NCBI GenBank assembly: GCA_963555825.3
Contig: CAUVXB020000001.1
Location: 2,048,001 to 2,112,000, forward strand
DNA length: 64,000 nt
Reading direction: 5' to 3'
Source: Alphaproteobacteria bacterium
GTDB lineage: Bacteria; Pseudomonadota; Alphaproteobacteria; JAAXGF01
A model generated the notes under the pieces. The model ran no database searches. It saw only the letters and a list, made by a program, of their open reading frames with translations, and had not been told where the DNA came from. Positions 50,256-60,915 of the stretch are shown piece by piece. The translations under genes were made by a program, and so were the position numbers. Position 1 is the first letter of the stretch; each line of letters opens with the position of its first letter.

Positions 50256-51716
50256 ATGGAAACCAAGGCCAATCACCTCGCCGTCGGCGTCTTCGTGCTG
50301 GTCGCCTTCGCCGGCTTCTTCGCCTTCGTCATGTGGCTCGGCAAGACCGAGCTAGACCGCGAGGTCGACGCCTATCACATTTACTTCCGCGGGTCGGTCA
50401 GCGGGCTCACGTCGTCGAGCACGGTGCGCTACCGCGGCGTCCCCGTCGGCAGCGTGACCGATATCGTCATCGATCCGAAGAACAGTGAGCAGGTGCTGGT
50501 CACCATCGAAGTGACCGGCGGCACGCCGATCAAGGAAGACGCCACCGCCTCGCTCGAAATGCAGGGCATCACCGGCCTGGTCAACGTCCAGATCGGCGGC
50601 GGCGCCAAGGAGAGCCCCAGGCTGGTCGCCAAGGAAGGTCAGCCGCTGCCGGTCGTCGCGTCGGTGCCGTCGGCGATCGAGGCGCTGTTCGAGGACATCC
50701 CGCGCGCCATCGTCCGTATCACCGATCTGGTCGAGCGTGCGACGCTGCTGCTCAGCGACGAGAACATGCAGGCGATCACCGACACGCTGCAAAGCGTCCG
50801 GCGCCTCGGCGACACCCTGGCGGAGAGTTCTGACGACGTTGCGGCGCTGACCAACGACGTCGCGGTGACGGCGGCCGAAATCCGGCGCGCCGCCGAGGAG
50901 ATGAATTCGCTCGTAGCCGACATTCGCGAACGCGTGCCGGCGCTGCTCGACACCACCACCGCGACCCTGAGCGCCGCCGAGGGCGCGTTCAACGCGGTCA
51001 GCGGCAATGTCGACACGCTGACCGGCGAGGCCCAGCTATCGCTCGGCCAGCTGCGCGCCAACGCCGAGACGCTGACCGCCGAGACGACAGCCACCCTGCG
51101 CGAGGTGCGCGAGAGCGCCGATCAACTGGCGGGCGAGGTCCAACCGACGCTGCGCCAGTTCCGTGAGAGCGCCGAGACCCTGTCCAGCGAGGCCGAGCTT
51201 ACGCTGCGCCAGGTGCGCGAGAGCGCCGAGGCCCTGACCGCAGAGGCCGTGCCGACACTCCGCCAGGTGCGCGAGAGCGCCGAGACGCTGACCGCCGAGG
51301 CGGGGCCGACGCTGCGCCAGTTCCGCGAGAGCACCGCGACGCTGACTGGCGAAAGCCAGCTCACGCTGCGCCAGAATCGCGAGACGACCGATGCGGTCGG
51401 CACCGAGGCCGAACTCGCCCTGCGCGAGGTGCGCCAAAGCGCCGCCGCGCTGACCGACGACGCGCGGATCGCCTTGCACGACATCCGCAAGACCGCCGAG
51501 ACACTGGCCAACACGGCCGAGGACCTTCAGCTGATCGTCTCGGAGAACCGCGAGGCATTCCGTGATTTTTCCAACGAAGGCCTGTATGAGTTGTCGCGCT
51601 TCCTGGTCGAGGCGCGCGAGCTGGTCGGCGGCCTGACGCTCATCGTCGAGCGCTTCGAGGCCGACCCCGCCAGGTTCCTGTTTGGTGATTCTCAAGCCGG
51701 GTTCGAGCCACAATGA
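50256..51716 (+). CDS. MlaD/MCE-family protein with an expanded helical repeat region
   Basis: METKANH N-terminus, VSGL..S.VRYRGVPVG.V MCE domain, DPARFLFG C-terminus. Confidence 0.92.
   Translation: METKANHLAVGVFVLVAFAGFFAFVMWLGKTELDREVDAYHIYFRGSVSGLTSSSTVRYRGVPVGSVTDIVIDPKNSEQVLVTIEVTGGTPIKEDATASLEMQGITGLVNVQIGGGAKESPRLVAKEGQPLPVVASVPSAIEALFEDIPRAIVRITDLVERATLLLSDENMQAITDTLQSVRRLGDTLAESSDDVAALTNDVAVTAAEIRRAAEEMNSLVADIRERVPALLDTTTATLSAAEGAFNAVSGNVDTLTGEAQLSLGQLRANAETLTAETTATLREVRESADQLAGEVQPTLRQFRESAETLSSEAELTLRQVRESAEALTAEAVPTLRQVRESAETLTAEAGPTLRQFRESTATLTGESQLTLRQNRETTDAVGTEAELALREVRQSAAALTDDARIALHDIRKTAETLANTAEDLQLIVSENREAFRDFSNEGLYELSRFLVEARELVGGLTLIVERFEADPARFLFGDSQAGFEPQ
51030..51515 (+). 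repeat. nine in-frame 54-bp (18-aa) tandem repeats in mlaD
   Basis: Units such as AVPTLRQVRESAETLTAE and AGPTLRQFRESTATLTGE. Confidence 0.9.
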
Positions 51717-52342
51717 CGAACATGCCACGACAGCGCCGCACCGCACCGCTTGCCGCCGCCCTCTCCCTCGCCTTCCTTCTGGTCGCCTGCGCCGGCATGC
51801 TGCCCGGCAGCGGCGCGCCGCCCGACCTGTACACGCTGACCCCGAAGAGCACCTATTCCGCCGACCTGCCGACGGTGACTTGGCAGCTCGCCATCGAGGT
51901 GCCGGTCGCCGCCGAGAGCCTGAACAACTCGCGCATCGCGCTGCGCCACGATCCGCTGTCGCTGCTCTACTACAAGGGCGCGCGCTGGACCGAGCGGGCG
52001 CCGGTGATGGTGCAGACGCTGCTGATCGAATCCTTCGAGAACTCGGGCAAGATCGTCGCCGTCGCGCGCAAGGCGACCGACATTCGGGCCGACTACGTAC
52101 TCAAGACCGACCTGCGCGAGTTCCAGGCCGAGTACGACGCCGGCGGCGCGCCGGTCGCGCATGTCCGCCTGAACGCGAAGCTGGTGGTCATGCCCAAGCG
52201 GGCGATCATCGCCTCCAAAACCTTCGAGAGCTCGGTCCAAGCCGCCGGCAGCAATGTTTCCCAAGTCATCGCCGCCTTCGATTTGGCGCTCGGCAGGACC
52301 CTCAAGCAGATCGTCGAATGGGGGCTCACCGTCCCCGAGTAA
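51713..52342 (+). CDS. PqiC-like ABC auxiliary lipoprotein
   Basis: Lipobox LVAC, YYKGARW..., LREFQAEY. Confidence 0.85.
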   Translation: MTNMPRQRRTAPLAAALSLAFLLVACAGMLPGSGAPPDLYTLTPKSTYSADLPTVTWQLAIEVPVAAESLNNSRIALRHDPLSLLYYKGARWTERAPVMVQTLLIESFENSGKIVAVARKATDIRADYVLKTDLREFQAEYDAGGAPVAHVRLNAKLVVMPKRAIIASKTFESSVQAAGSNVSQVIAAFDLALGRTLKQIVEWGLTVPE

Positions 52343-52351
52343 CACGCGCTG

Positions 52352-52891
52352 CTACCCCGCGCGGGCGAGCCATTCCTCGCGCGACATGGCGTAGAGCATG
52401 AGCTCGACGCCGTCCTCCTTGCGCCAGCGGCGGACGAGCCCGAAGCCGAGCTTCTCGATCGCGCCGCGCGAGCGCGTGTTGCTCGCCCGGGCGACGCCGA
52501 CGATGCGATCGAGGCCCGCGACACCGAAGCCATAATCCAGCGCCGCGCGGGCCGCCTCGCCCGAGAGCCCCCGCCCCCACCACGCCTTGTCGAGCACCGC
52601 GCGCATGGCGATGCCTTCGCCGTCGTCGCGCACCCAGAAGCCGCATTCGCCGACATACGCGCCGCTCGCCTTGTCGCGCAACGTCCAGATACCGAAACCA
52701 TGATCGCGCCAGGTCGCGAGATAGCCGCTCAGCACGTCCGCGACCTGGTCCAGGCTTTCGGCGCCGAAACGCATGCCGGCCATGATCTCGGGGTCGCCGT
52801 GGAGCCGCGCCAGCGCGTCGAAATCGCCCGCCTCGATCGGCCGCATGCACAGCCGTGCGGTTTCGAGATGTCTGCTTGCCGTGTCGCTCAT
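52352..52891 (-). CDS. GNAT acetyltransferase (RimJ/RimL type)
   Basis: LETARL, WWGRGL..EAA, N.RS...EKLGF. Confidence 0.85.
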   Translation of the reverse strand: MSDTASRHLETARLCMRPIEAGDFDALARLHGDPEIMAGMRFGAESLDQVADVLSGYLATWRDHGFGIWTLRDKASGAYVGECGFWVRDDGEGIAMRAVLDKAWWGRGLSGEAARAALDYGFGVAGLDRIVGVARASNTRSRGAIEKLGFGLVRRWRKEDGVELMLYAMSREEWLARAG

Positions 52892-53108
52892 CCGGTCCAC
52901 GTCATCCGCCAATTCAGTCGGTCGCGCATGATGGCCCATCGCCTGCTTCGATGCGAGCGCCGGACGATCGATCGCCGTGCAAATCTTGCAACGAACGTTC
53001 CAAGATTCATAAATTCGATTCGTATGTTGCAGCCGCGCCGTTGGACAGCTATCGTGGGTCCCAGCGGGCCGAACGAAGCCCGCGAAATGTGGGAGCGACC
53101 TGCGGACG

Positions 53109-54002
53109 ATGGCTGATTTCGCCGCCGTAACCGAACGCATCGAGGGCAGCTATCCGCGCCTGAGCCCACGGCTCAGGCAAGCGGCGCGCTATATGCTCGG
53201 CCAGCCGGACGACGTCGCCTTGAGTTCGATGCGCCGCGTTGCCGAGCGCGCCGGCGTCCACCCTTCGACCATGGTGCGCCTCGCCCATGCATTGAGCTAT
53301 CCGGGCTACGACGAGCTGCGCGAACCCTTCCGCCGCCACCTGACTGGCGGGCGGCACTATGCCGACCGCGCGCGCGAACTGGTGGCGCGCGGTGCGGGGT
53401 CGGAGACCGAGGCGCTGCTCGGCGAGCTGGCCGCCGACGACATTGCCAACATCGAACGCAGCTACGCGGACATCGCGACGGACGACTTCGCCGCCGCGGT
53501 CGAGGCGTTGGACACGGCAAGACGCGTTTACGTCGTCGGTCTGCGCAAATGCTTTCCGATCGCCGCCTATTTCCATTATGCGCACCGGATGTTTCGCGAC
53601 ACGGCGGTGCTCGCCACCGGCCGAGACGCACTGCTGACCGACGAGCTACGGACGCTTGGCGCAAGCGACGCGATGCTCGCGGTCAGCTTCAGCCGCTATA
53701 CGCGCGATACGGTCGAAGCGGTCCGTTACGCCGCCGCGCGGGGCGCCGCCGTCGTCGCCATCACCGACAGCCGGCTCTCGCCATTGGCCGCCAGCGCCCG
53801 CCACGTGCTGGTGACCGCCAAGCGCGGCCCGTCGTTCTTCGGCTCGCTGGTCGGCGCGTTGTCGCTCGCCCAGGCGCTGATCGCGGCATTGGTCGCACGT
53901 GGCGGTGGCGAGACGATCGCCGCGCTTGGCGAGACCGAGCGCCACCTCGACGCCTTCGACACCTATTGGGAGGGCGCCCCGACACGGGGCGCGCGGCGAT
54001 GA
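53109..54002 (+). CDS. MurR/RpiR-family regulator
   Basis: N-terminal HTH (AGVHPSTMVRLA) plus SIS domain (ITDSRLSPL). Confidence 0.92.
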   Translation: MADFAAVTERIEGSYPRLSPRLRQAARYMLGQPDDVALSSMRRVAERAGVHPSTMVRLAHALSYPGYDELREPFRRHLTGGRHYADRARELVARGAGSETEALLGELAADDIANIERSYADIATDDFAAAVEALDTARRVYVVGLRKCFPIAAYFHYAHRMFRDTAVLATGRDALLTDELRTLGASDAMLAVSFSRYTRDTVEAVRYAAARGAAVVAITDSRLSPLAASARHVLVTAKRGPSFFGSLVGALSLAQALIAALVARGGGETIAALGETERHLDAFDTYWEGAPTRGARR

Positions 54003-55333
54003 GCCACGTCTTCCACCGCCGGCCGCGCGACGTCATGCCGACCGCCGTCGAGGGCGACGGCATTTACGTCGTCGACGCCGACGGGCGGCGCTATCTCGAC
54101 GCCTCGGGCGGCGCCGCTGTATCGTGTCTTGGCCACAGCCACCCCAAGGTGATCGAGGCGATCAAGCGCCAGGTCGACCAGATCGCCTACGCCCACACTT
54201 CGTTCTTCACCAACGAACCGATGGAGCGCCTCGCCGACATGCTGATCGAGGCGGCGCCCGAGGGGCTCGAGCGCGTCTACTTCGTCTCGGGTGGCTCCGA
54301 GGCCATGGAATCGGCGCTCAAACTCGCGCGCCAGTATTTCCTCGAGCGCGGCGAGGAGGGCCGGCACCACATCATCGCGCGGCGCCAGAGCTATCACGGC
54401 AATACGCTCGGAGCACTCGCCGCCGGCGGCAACATGTGGCGCCGCGAGCCGTTCGACCCGCTGCTGATCGAAACCCACCACATCGCGCCCTGCTACGCCT
54501 ATCGCGACCGCCGCGCGGACGAGACCGACGTCGCCTACGGCGAGCGCGTCGCCGACGAGCTCGACGTCAAGATCACCGAGCTCGGCGCGGGGACCGTCAT
54601 CGGCTTCATCGCCGAACCGGTGGTCGGCGCGACCGCCGGCGCACTGGCGCCAGTGCCCGGCTATTTCAAGCGCATCCGCGAGATCTGCGACCGCCACGGC
54701 GTGCTGTTGATCCTCGACGAGGTGATGTGCGGCATGGGCCGCACCGGCTCGCTGTTCGCCTGCGAGCAGGACGGCGTCAGCCCCGATCTGTTGATCGCCG
54801 CCAAGGGCCTGGGCGCCGGTTATCAGCCGATCGGCGCGCTGTTCGTCTCGGGCGACATCTATGACACGATCGTCGGCGGTTCGGGCTTCTTCCAGCACGG
54901 TCACACCTATATGGGTCACGCGACCGGCTGCGCCGCCTCGCTGGCGGTCCAGCGGGTGATCCGCGACGACAACCTGCTCGACAATGTCAAGCGCCAGGGC
55001 GCGACGCTGATGCGTCGCCTCGCCGAGCGTTTCGGCAATCACGCGCATGTCGGCGACATTCGCGGCCGCGGGCTGTTCATCGGCGTCGAGCTGGTCGCCG
55101 ACCGGTCGAGCAAGACGCCCTTCGACCCATCGTTGAAACTGAACGCCCGGGTCAAGTCGAACGCCATGGCGCGCGGCCTGATGTGCTATCCCGCGGGCGG
55201 CACGATCGACGGCAAGCGAGGCGACCACATCCTGATCGCGCCGCCCTTCATCGTCACGCCGCCCGACATCGAGATCATCGTCGAGCGCCTCGGCGACGCC
55301 GTCGACGCGGCGATTACCGAGGCCAAGGCGTGA
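53999..55333 (+). CDS. class III aminotransferase
   Basis: DASGGAAVSCLGH, SGGSEA, SYHGNT, DEVMCGMGRTG, AKGLG. Confidence 0.93.
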   Translation: MSHVFHRRPRDVMPTAVEGDGIYVVDADGRRYLDASGGAAVSCLGHSHPKVIEAIKRQVDQIAYAHTSFFTNEPMERLADMLIEAAPEGLERVYFVSGGSEAMESALKLARQYFLERGEEGRHHIIARRQSYHGNTLGALAAGGNMWRREPFDPLLIETHHIAPCYAYRDRRADETDVAYGERVADELDVKITELGAGTVIGFIAEPVVGATAGALAPVPGYFKRIREICDRHGVLLILDEVMCGMGRTGSLFACEQDGVSPDLLIAAKGLGAGYQPIGALFVSGDIYDTIVGGSGFFQHGHTYMGHATGCAASLAVQRVIRDDNLLDNVKRQGATLMRRLAERFGNHAHVGDIRGRGLFIGVELVADRSSKTPFDPSLKLNARVKSNAMARGLMCYPAGGTIDGKRGDHILIAPPFIVTPPDIEIIVERLGDAVDAAITEAKA

Positions 55334-55486
55334 GCGGCGCCATGCCGCGAACGCCCGTCACCGGCTCATGGACCTGGTCGAACAGGCCCACGGCCAACCA
55401 CCCCCATCCAAGCGCCGACGGTTGCCGGTGGGGTACGAGAGTGTTATCGATTCCAATAGAGAAAACCAGGGAGGAATAATTTCGTC

Positions 55487-56473
55487 ATGAAACGCATAGC
55501 ATTGACTACTCTTGCGGTCGCCGTAGCGGCGGGCGCCTACTTGGCCGTTCCGGTAAGCAACGCCGTGGCCCAGCAGGAATTCATCACCATCGGCACCGGC
55601 GGCATCACCGGCGTCTACTATCCGACCGGCGGCGCCATCTGCCGTCTCGTCAACAAGGGCCGAAAAGATCACGGCGTGCGTTGCTCGGTCGAATCGACGG
55701 GCGGTTCCGTCTACAACCTCAACACCATCCGCGCCGGCGAGCTCGACATGGGCGTCGTCCAGTCCGACTGGCAGTATCACGCCTTCCACGGCACCGGAAA
55801 GCAGTCCTTCATCGACGCCGGGCCTTTCACGGAACTTCGCGCGGTCTTCGCGATTCACGGCGAGCCCGTGACGATCATCGCGCGCGCCGACGCTGGCATC
55901 AAGACGGTCAAAGACCTGGTCGGCAAGCGGGTCAACATCGGCAACCCGGGTTCGGGCACGGAAGCCACCTGGAACGTCATGTGGAGCGCCATGGGTCACA
56001 CCAATGACGATCTCAAGCTGGCCGCCCAGATGAAGTCGGCGGAAACCCCCGGCGCGCTGTGCGACAACAAGATCGACGCCTTGTTCTGGCTGGTCGGCCA
56101 CCCCAACGGCCTGTCCAAGGAAGCCACCACGACCTGCGACGCGGTGATGGTCGAGGTCTCGGGTCCGGCCATCGATAAGCTGGTGGCGGACAATTCCTAT
56201 TATTTCAAGGCGACGATTCCGGGCGGCATGTATCAGGGCAGCCCGAACGACACCCCCACCTTCGGCGTGGGCGCCACCTTCGTGTCCTCGACCTCGACGC
56301 CTGAGAACACGGTCTATCAAGTGGTCAAGGCGGTGTTCGACAACATCGACAGCTTCAAGAAGCTGCATCCGGCGTTCAACAATCTGGTGGACACCGATAT
56401 GGTCAACAACGGACGTTCCGCGCCGCTTCATGCCGGCGCGGCCAAGTACTACAAAGAACGCGGCTGGGAGTAG
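55487..56473 (+). CDS. TAXI-family TRAP solute-binding protein
   Basis: [43 protein letters not shown]. Confidence 0.95.
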   Translation: MKRIALTTLAVAVAAGAYLAVPVSNAVAQQEFITIGTGGITGVYYPTGGAICRLVNKGRKDHGVRCSVESTGGSVYNLNTIRAGELDMGVVQSDWQYHAFHGTGKQSFIDAGPFTELRAVFAIHGEPVTIIARADAGIKTVKDLVGKRVNIGNPGSGTEATWNVMWSAMGHTNDDLKLAAQMKSAETPGALCDNKIDALFWLVGHPNGLSKEATTTCDAVMVEVSGPAIDKLVADNSYYFKATIPGGMYQGSPNDTPTFGVGATFVSSTSTPENTVYQVVKAVFDNIDSFKKLHPAFNNLVDTDMVNNGRSAPLHAGAAKYYKERGWE

Positions 56474-56650
56474 TCGCGTCGCTTCCCAACCTGGGTGACT
56501 AGCCTGGGGGAATGGGAAGCAAAGGATACGGGTGGAGAAGCGCGGAAAAAGCTTCTCCACCCTCCTCCTTGATCGGCCGCCGTTTCGCGCGGTAGGCCGC
56601 ATCGAGGCAGGTTCGAGGCGAGGCGACAGGGCTGCCTTGGGGGTAGGACA

Positions 56651-57641
56651 ATGAGAACAGGCATTGTTCCGCTGGCGACGGCGTTCGTGGTCGCCATTCG
56701 GCATTTCGGCCGGCGTGGCGTCATCGGACCGGGCGCGCGCCGCCGACGTGATCATCGGCGCCGGCCAGGAAGCGCCGGTGCATTTCCATGTCGGGCGGGC
56801 GATCTGCCGCGCCATCAGGACGTCGATCGAGGGCAAGACCTGTCAGGCCGAGCGCATCGAGGGCCGGGACGCAGCCGAGCCGCTCGCGGTTCTCGGCGAC
56901 GTACGCAACGGCGCAATCGAGATCGGCATCGTCCAGTCCGACTGGGTCCATCACGCCTTCACCGGCAGCGGTCCGGTCGAGTTCTTGGAAATCGGGTTCG
57001 AGAACCTCAGAACCCTGTTGCTGCTCCACGGCGAGCCGTTCACGGTGGTCGCCCGGCGCGACGCCGGAATTTCCAAACTCGCCGACCTGGCTGGCAAACG
57101 GGTCAATATCGGCGTTACGGGTTCCGACCAACGGGTGGTCATGCAGCAGGTGATGACGGCCATGGGTTGGTCGCGCGACAGTTTCAGCCTCGCCGACGAG
57201 CTGACCGGACCCGAACAATCCCTGGCGCTGTGCCACGACCGTATTCAGGCGATGGTCGGGATGGTCGCCCATCCCGACGCCGACCTGGCCAAGACCATGG
57301 CACTGTGCGACGCCGAGCTCGTCGAGATCTCCGGTCCCGAAATCGCCGGTCTGGTCGCGGACAAACCCTATTTCTCGGTCGCCGAGATTCCGGCGGGGAG
57401 CTATGAAAACCAGGACACCGCCGTCAAGACGTTCGGCGTCAGGGTCGTCGCGGTGGTCTCCGAGGACATGCCGGACGAAACGGCCTACGACATCGTCCAA
57501 GCGGTCTTCGGCAATTTCGACCGCTTCAAGAGACTTCATCCGGCGTTGCGTCAGTTGCGGCCGCAAGACATGAAGAGCGAAGGGGATGCCGCACCGATGC
57601 ATCCCGGCGCGCTCCGAAAGTTCACTGAAGTCGGCATGTAA
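56651..57641 (+). pseudogene. second TAXI solute-binding protein, frameshifted in its signal peptide
   Basis: ATG 56651 (RBS AGGA) gives MRTGIVPLATAFVVA, and the TAXI body continues in the +1 frame from about 56694. Confidence 0.65.
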
Positions 57642-57700
57642 CGGACCGCCGGACTTCGCGCGGCGTGGTGGATACCGGAAAATCCGAGGGTAGGTTAACG

Positions 57701-60298
57701 ATGAGCGATCAAATCAACGGCACGGAACCGGATAGCGGCGAACAGGACGCCGCGGCCATCGTCGCCGAGGCCGATACCGGCGCACGGTCGCCCAGCGGCA
57801 TCCCGGCGAAGATCCTGTGGTACGTGCCTTTGGCCTGGGCGGCCTTTCAGCTTTGGCTGGCCTCGCCGCTGCCGTTCATGTTGAGGTTCGGCATCTTCAA
57901 CTCGACCGAGGCCCGGTCGATCCATCTGGCCTTCGCCATTTTCCTCGCCTTCCTGGCCTTCCCCGCGCTCAAGCGTTCGCCGCGTCACTACATCCCGATC
58001 CAGGACTGGATCATCGCCCTCGTCGCCGCCTTCTGTACCGGCTATCAGTATCTCTTCTTCATCGAGCTGTCCGATCGGCCCGGCTTGCCGACGCAAATGG
58101 ATATCGTGGTCTCCGTGATCGGCCTGGCGCTCATTCTCGAAGGCACGCGGCGCGCCCTGGGGCCGCCGCTGATGATCGTCGCCGCGGTGTTCATGTGTTA
58201 CACCTTCTTCGGCCATCTGGCGCCCGAGGTCATCCAGTGGAAAGGCGCGTCGCTCAACAAGGCGATGTCGCATTACTATCTGACGACGGAGGGCGTCTAC
58301 GGCATCGCGCTCGGCGTTTCGACCAGTCTGGTGTTCCTGTTCGTGCTGTTCGGTTCGCTGTTGGAAAAAGCCGGGGCGGGCAACTACTTCATCTGCGTCG
58401 CCTTCGCGCTGATGGGCCATATGAAGGGCGGGCCGGCCAAGGCGGCGGTCGTGTCGTCGGCCATGACCGGATTGGTCTCCGGTTCGGCGATCGCCAATGT
58501 GGTTACCACCGGCACCTTCACCATTCCCTTGATGCGCAGGGTCGGGTTCTCGGCTGAAAAGGCGGGGGCGGTAGAAGTGGCGTCCTCCACCAACGGCCAG
58601 TTAACCCCGCCGGTCATGGGCGCGGTCGCATTCCTGATGATCGAATATGTCGGCATCTCCTATGTCGAGGTCATCAAGCACGCCGCCCTGCCGGCGCTGA
58701 TTTCGTACATCGCACTGGTCTACATCGTCCATCTCGAGGCCCTGAAGGCCGACATGCAGGGGCTTCCCCGCCGCAGCCCGCCAAACTTCATTCGCAGCCT
58801 GATGATGTTTTGCCTCACGATCGTCGGCTTGGCCATATTAACGGCGATCGTCTATTTCGGCCTCGGCTGGATGAAGGTCGCCTTCGGCGAGGCAACCTTG
58901 TGGATTGCCTCGGTCTTGTTGGTGATCACCTATATCGGCCTAGTCGCATTTGGCTGCAGGTATCCCGAACTCGACACCTCGATGGATATCTCCGAATTGC
59001 CCGAGGCGGGTCCGACCATCAAGGCCGGACTCTATTATCTCCTGCCAGTCGTTGTGCTGGTCTGGTGCCTCACGGTGGAGCGGCTGTCGCCTGGGCTGTC
59101 GGCCTACTACGCTACGCTGTTCATGCTTTTCATTCTGCTCACCCAGCGCCCGCTCAAGGCGATCTTGCGCAAAACCGGCGAAAGTATCGCCGGCAGCATC
59201 AAAGATGGAATCGTGGACAGCCTCGAGGGCCTGATCAGCGGCGCGCGCAACATGATCGGCATCGGCGTCGCAACCGCCGCCGCCGGCATCATCGTCGGCA
59301 CCATTTCCCTGACCGGCATCGGTTTCGTGATGTCCGAGTTCGTCGAGTTCATCTCGGGCGGTCATGTGCTCATTATGCTGTTCCTCACCGCCATTCTCAG
59401 CCTGATCCTCGGCATGGGGCTGCCGACCACCGCCAACTACATCGTGGTGTCGTCCCTGTTGGCCCCGGTGATCGTCACCGTCGGGGCGCAGAACGGCCTG
59501 ATCGTGCCGTTGATCGCCGTCCATATGTTCGTGTTTTACTTCGGCATCCTGGCCGACGACACGCCGCCCGTGGCGCTGGCCGCCTTCGCCGCCGCCGCGA
59601 TCTCGAAGGGCGACCCGATAAAAACCGGCATTCAGGGATTCATGTACGACATTCGCACGGCGATCCTGCCGTTCCTGTTCATCTACAATACCGAACTGCT
59701 GATGATTGGCGTCGAGACCTGGTATCACCTGTTGGCCACGATCGTCACCGCGATGGGGGCGATGATGTTGTTCGCCGCCGCGACCCAGGGATATTTCATC
59801 GTCAAATCCCGATTTTGGGAGACCCTCGCACTGCTGCTGATCGCCTTCACCTTGTTCCGGCCGGCATTCTGGATGGACCAGATCTATCCGCCGTTGGAAT
59901 CCAGATCCGCCAGCGTTATCTATGACATCGCCGGGGAAATGCCGGTCGATGCCCAGATCCGCATCCGGGTCGTGGGCGAAGACCTCGAGGGACGCCAGAT
60001 CGACAAGACGGTCATGCTGCCGCTCGGCGCCGCGGGCAGTGGCGAGGAACGGCTCTTCGAGGCCGGTCTCGAGCTCATCGTCGATGACGGCAAGACGATC
60101 GTCGACAACGTCGTCTTCGGCAGCGCCGCCAAGAAACAGGAAATCGACTTCGACTTCGAGGTCGTCAGTATCGAGGTGCCAACGGACCGACCGGGGAAGC
60201 AGTGGTTCTACCTGCCGGCGCTGCTCGCGCTCGGCCTCATCGTCATGCTGCAGCGCGGCCGCCGCGAGAAGACGCCGGCCGTCTCCGCCGCCGAGTAG
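57701..60298 (+). CDS. TRAP 4TM/12TM fused permease
   Basis: GGPAKAAV, ANVVTTG, GMGLPTTANY, ADDTPPV, C-terminal DUF3394-like domain. Confidence 0.94.
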   Translation: MSDQINGTEPDSGEQDAAAIVAEADTGARSPSGIPAKILWYVPLAWAAFQLWLASPLPFMLRFGIFNSTEARSIHLAFAIFLAFLAFPALKRSPRHYIPIQDWIIALVAAFCTGYQYLFFIELSDRPGLPTQMDIVVSVIGLALILEGTRRALGPPLMIVAAVFMCYTFFGHLAPEVIQWKGASLNKAMSHYYLTTEGVYGIALGVSTSLVFLFVLFGSLLEKAGAGNYFICVAFALMGHMKGGPAKAAVVSSAMTGLVSGSAIANVVTTGTFTIPLMRRVGFSAEKAGAVEVASSTNGQLTPPVMGAVAFLMIEYVGISYVEVIKHAALPALISYIALVYIVHLEALKADMQGLPRRSPPNFIRSLMMFCLTIVGLAILTAIVYFGLGWMKVAFGEATLWIASVLLVITYIGLVAFGCRYPELDTSMDISELPEAGPTIKAGLYYLLPVVVLVWCLTVERLSPGLSAYYATLFMLFILLTQRPLKAILRKTGESIAGSIKDGIVDSLEGLISGARNMIGIGVATAAAGIIVGTISLTGIGFVMSEFVEFISGGHVLIMLFLTAILSLILGMGLPTTANYIVVSSLLAPVIVTVGAQNGLIVPLIAVHMFVFYFGILADDTPPVALAAFAAAAISKGDPIKTGIQGFMYDIRTAILPFLFIYNTELLMIGVETWYHLLATIVTAMGAMMLFAAATQGYFIVKSRFWETLALLLIAFTLFRPAFWMDQIYPPLESRSASVIYDIAGEMPVDAQIRIRVVGEDLEGRQIDKTVMLPLGAAGSGEERLFEAGLELIVDDGKTIVDNVVFGSAAKKQEIDFDFEVVSIEVPTDRPGKQWFYLPALLALGLIVMLQRGRREKTPAVSAAE

Positions 60299-60306
60299 AG
60301 GGAGCC

Positions 60307-60735
60307 ATGTACAACGACATCCTGGTCGCCGTCGACCTCAATGACGAGACGTCATCGAAGAAGACCGTGGACGTGGCGGTTGCGTGTTGCCGCACGTTCG
60401 GCGCGCGCTTGCACCTGCTCAGCGTGGTTCCCGATTTCGGCATGAGCATCGTCAGCCAATACTTTCCCGACGACTATGCCCAGAAGGCGGTCGACGGCGC
60501 GACCGCCAAGCTCGCCGAGTTCAAGGACGCGACCGTTCCCAACGACATCGAGGCGCACGACATCGTCGCCAACGGCACCGTCTACGACGAGATCCTGGCG
60601 ACCGCCAAAAAGATCGACGCCGATCTCATCGTGCTCGGCGCGAACCGGCCCGATCTCAAGGACTATCTGCTCGGCCCCAACGCCTCGCGCGTCGTGCGTC
60701 ACTCGGCGCGCTCCGTCCTCGTGGTGCGCGACTGA
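60307..60735 (+). CDS. universal stress protein
   Basis: ILVAVDL, ADLIVLGA, LLGPNASRVVRH. Confidence 0.92.
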   Translation: MYNDILVAVDLNDETSSKKTVDVAVACCRTFGARLHLLSVVPDFGMSIVSQYFPDDYAQKAVDGATAKLAEFKDATVPNDIEAHDIVANGTVYDEILATAKKIDADLIVLGANRPDLKDYLLGPNASRVVRHSARSVLVVRD

Positions 60736-60859
60736 TCCGCCGCCATTCGGGCCGTCCGGCCCGATTTCGTGATCAATCGGATCCATCCGGCCGACACGCG
60801 GGTCGGCATTGATCCGTTCGCCGCCAGAGCGGCGCAGTGAAAAGGCCGAACATCGCAAT

Positions 60860-60890
60860 AAAAAGGCCGCCGGAAGTTGCCCGGCGGCCT
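60860..60890 (-). terminator. rho-independent terminator of the cytochrome c gene
   Basis: AGGCCGCCGG/CCGGCGGCCT stem followed by TTTTT on the minus strand. Confidence 0.75.
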
Positions 60891-60915
60891 GTCGACTCGT
60901 TCGCCCGGATCGGCG

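Noticed and set aside
51030-51515. CRISPR array
   Set aside because: The repeats are contiguous, in frame and degenerate, with no spacers or cas genes; the same applies to 63670-63939.
55334-55440. Possible gene scars in intergenic DNA (also 26615-26710)
   Set aside because: Coding-like codons but no recognisable family.
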